This document shows, in pieces, positions 61,338 to 64,000 of a DNA stretch of 64,000 bases. Source of the DNA: Halocafeteria seosinensis. Taxonomy: Eukaryota. A model generated the notes under the pieces. It had not been told where the DNA came from. It made no database searches and worked only from the letters and a program-made list of their open reading frames with translations. Location of the stretch: positions 1-64,000 of the forward strand of contig LVLI01000198.1 of NCBI GenBank assembly GCA_001687465.1. Reading direction: 5' to 3'. Each line of letters starts with the position of its first letter. The first letter of the stretch is position 1. The position numbers and the translations under genes were made by a program.

Positions 61338-64000
61338 ATGAGTGATACGGCCCAGCAGGACGTGTCAACTGGATGCTCTGAAGCCCAAAGGAGTGAAGCA
61401 CGCGGGGCCCGGCCTAATAGCTTCATGAGGCCGAACAGAGAGACGAATAATGGAACTTCGTTTTCGCATACGGTCTTCAGACTGCTTCCTTTGTCCATAA
61501 TTCTCGGACTCGTGGCCATTGGTGTGTATTTTCGATTTCAGGTAAGCTTTCTAGTTGAGCACGGCATGCAATCGCGTAGTCGCTGCTTGATACTATCCTC
61601 GAGGTGGCCCTGCAGCTAGCTTCGTGGACGGGACGACAAGTTAAAATCTTACTATATGGCGTATGGACTTCTCCTGTCCCAGAAGAACGCGGAGAAGATG
61701 CGTAAGTGCAGCTTTTTAATCCATTAAATCAATCTTTTGACGCTCTGGTACGGTGGCCATCTTCGGTGGCGTTGCAGCAACTTCTGGGTGGGCATCGTCG
61801 CGACATTATTTTGCGATGCATTACTCATACAGCTGATGGAGCACGTCCTTCAAGACAAAATGTGGAAAATGATCACAAGGGTGGTTTTCATGGCCGACGA
61901 AGGAGCACAATTTGAGGTGGTGCAGAGACTCCTTAAGAAGACCCTCCATGGAAAGTTGCTAATCTTCTTGACGAAACAGTTGACGATGTTGCTTTTATGG
62001 TTTTTCACTCCACCTGTTACTTTTGGACATGACGTTAATTCAATGCTTTACGGGCTCTTTATGGACCCAAGCCAGTCAGTATGGCAAAACGAAAGTGGCG
62101 TGGTTCTCCCAGAACCGGACAACTACCGTCATACCCGACTGCTACTCGATCGCAAGCTTGCTCTTCTGGTATATGTCGCGGCTGCATGTTACTGGTGGGC
62201 ATGTCAGTCTGGTTTGTTGTCGTTCCATGCGTCATCTGCAAGACAGAGCTCTCTTGAACACTCGCTCGATCGAGGCAACTTCAAATACCTTACACCTCTG
62301 ACGGCGTACGTACGGAACCGCAAGAGTATGGCCCTATTGCTGATGTCCTTCTGCCTAGCTGGCATGCGCATTTACGAGCCTTTAGCAGCAACAGGAGTTG
62401 ACGTTATTTCGTTCTTCTGGCTTCTAATTTCAAAATATCCCCTGGTAGCCCTGGTGTTTGGCATGGCGTGTGTCATTCCATCCATGTTATTGGGTGGCTG
62501 GTTGCAGAGATCATGGGGCACGAACTTTGGAAGCCTAATGTGCCTCACTGCCCTTCATGTGTTTTTTCTCCTGTATAGTTTACAGGTAGGGAAGGTGCTT
62601 GGGCTGGAGATTTATACGGATAGTCTCCGAGCAAACGCGGAGGCTGATCCTGTGCTGGACTTATCACCGAGCACTAGAGACGCATTTCAGCCGAACATGC
62701 TTGAATCGCTATGGATAAATCCTTCGAACTATAATGCGCAACGACTCGCTAGTTTGAGTCGAATAAACTACTCTTCCTCACTGAGCAGTTGCGAGGCGAC
62801 TCTGGACGCTTCGAGGGGTATCTGCAATATAGTAATATCCTCTAACGCTGCCGCTGCCCTCTTCCACCCGCATTACCACGCTACGGAGATGCCTTCCAGG
62901 TTACTACAGCTAAACCTCAGTATTATGTTTTACTTGCTTTCGCGCGCATTGGTGGTTTTTGGAGTGCTGTACCTGTGCGCCACAGCACTTCACGCTTTCT
63001 ACACGATTTACGTAGCAAGTCCTCTTTTGCGATGTAGTTGGAACATGAAGGATGCGAAGTTAAAAATTGAAGGTGGAGGGGATGGCTCTGAGTCGTTATA
63101 CAAGTTTCGTGACGCAGTTTATGAAGCAGTGGAAGGCTCTTCTTCAAAGCAATTCTCCGATGAGTATAGCGAGGAAACCGGTGCCGCCGAAAATACTGAC
63201 ACGGAGGAGGGCCGATCGGAAGAGCAAGATTCCAAGTGGTGGAGTTGGGAAACTCTGTCTGGTGCTATGAAGAAGGTCTCATCCTGGGTAAAACCTGAGC
63301 TCTTGTCTTGGTGGCATGACTTTTATCTCATAAGGGAGACAACTCAGGATATCATCAGGCAAGATACCAAAATCAGCACGTCATTTTCGTTCGATATTCC
63401 GGTGGAGAACCCAACAGGTCGGAAACTGCGGATTCCAGACGCAGAATTCGAACTAAACGTTGTTCCGGATGCTGTGTCCTTGTCACAGCTTTACGGGAAT
63501 GCTCACGAAGAGAATATCTCGAGACGCAGGGACCACGATCCTTCTGCAAGGAGAAGTGCAATGGGAGCTATTCGAATGAGGACACAAAATACGCGGGTTG
63601 ATTCTCCGTCATGGAGCCTCTTGACATCTCATGCTCCAAGTGTAGTATCCGCTGGCGTAAAGTCCGTATTTCGATTGCTGACCAGTGTAGGCTGTGATAT
63701 TTTGACATGTGTCGGGATAGCACTTCCCGGACCCTTAATGCAGCTGTTATTATGGACATCTGCAAAAGATCCAAACTTGGTATGGTGTCTCCCTTTCCCT
63801 GCAACGAAGACCCTCGGGACGATTTCTATGGATGCAGTGGAAGTTGACCCTGGCTCTCATGTCGTTCATGGCACAGCAAAGGTGACAGTGGTAAGTACTT
63901 ATTGCAAGAAGAGGTTCTTTTTTTTCTTATTTTCGACTGACATTCACTACTGCAGAATGTCGGGTCTGTCTTGCTGTCTTTGAGTCAGCATTTTAAAAAT
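61338..64000 (+). CDS. Hypothetical multi-pass membrane protein, multi-exon, probably runs off the window
   Basis: 748-codon ORF with several TM segments, short upstream exons, and a GTAAGT donor at 63891. Confidence 0.6.

Overview
Gene-dense nuclear DNA of a unicellular eukaryote. GC is roughly 47% in hand-counted lines and GT-AG introns are mostly 60-80 nt. Gene content looks stramenopile-like, but the taxon cannot be fixed from sequence alone. The left end (1-4.5 kb) is a small Crinkler-like PD-(D/E)xK effector cluster with a duplicated N-terminal header. The rest is mostly housekeeping genes: FAN/BEACH, a two-domain glutaminase-like gene, carnitine acyltransferase, CCDC112-like, SDHB, an amino-acid transporter, NAF1, UEV1/MMS2, SDHC/SDHD head-to-head, a short type II DAHP synthase, an LRR-IQ protein, a mitochondrial carrier, two acylphosphatases, coiled-coil proteins, an HtrL-GT fusion, SDE2-SPRY and glutamine synthetase. 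The main anomaly is a 4,428-bp GC/CpG-rich segment that splits the glutaminase gene. It is bounded by an exact 10-bp direct repeat (CTAGATTACG, 11893-11902 and 16321-16330). Joined end to end it would form a circle with divergent, short-intron orphan genes, one reading in frame across the junction. This suggests an integrated, circularly permuted element with no recognisable Rep, integrase or transposase; an assembly chimera is the alternative. All gene models were read by eye and no database searches were run.
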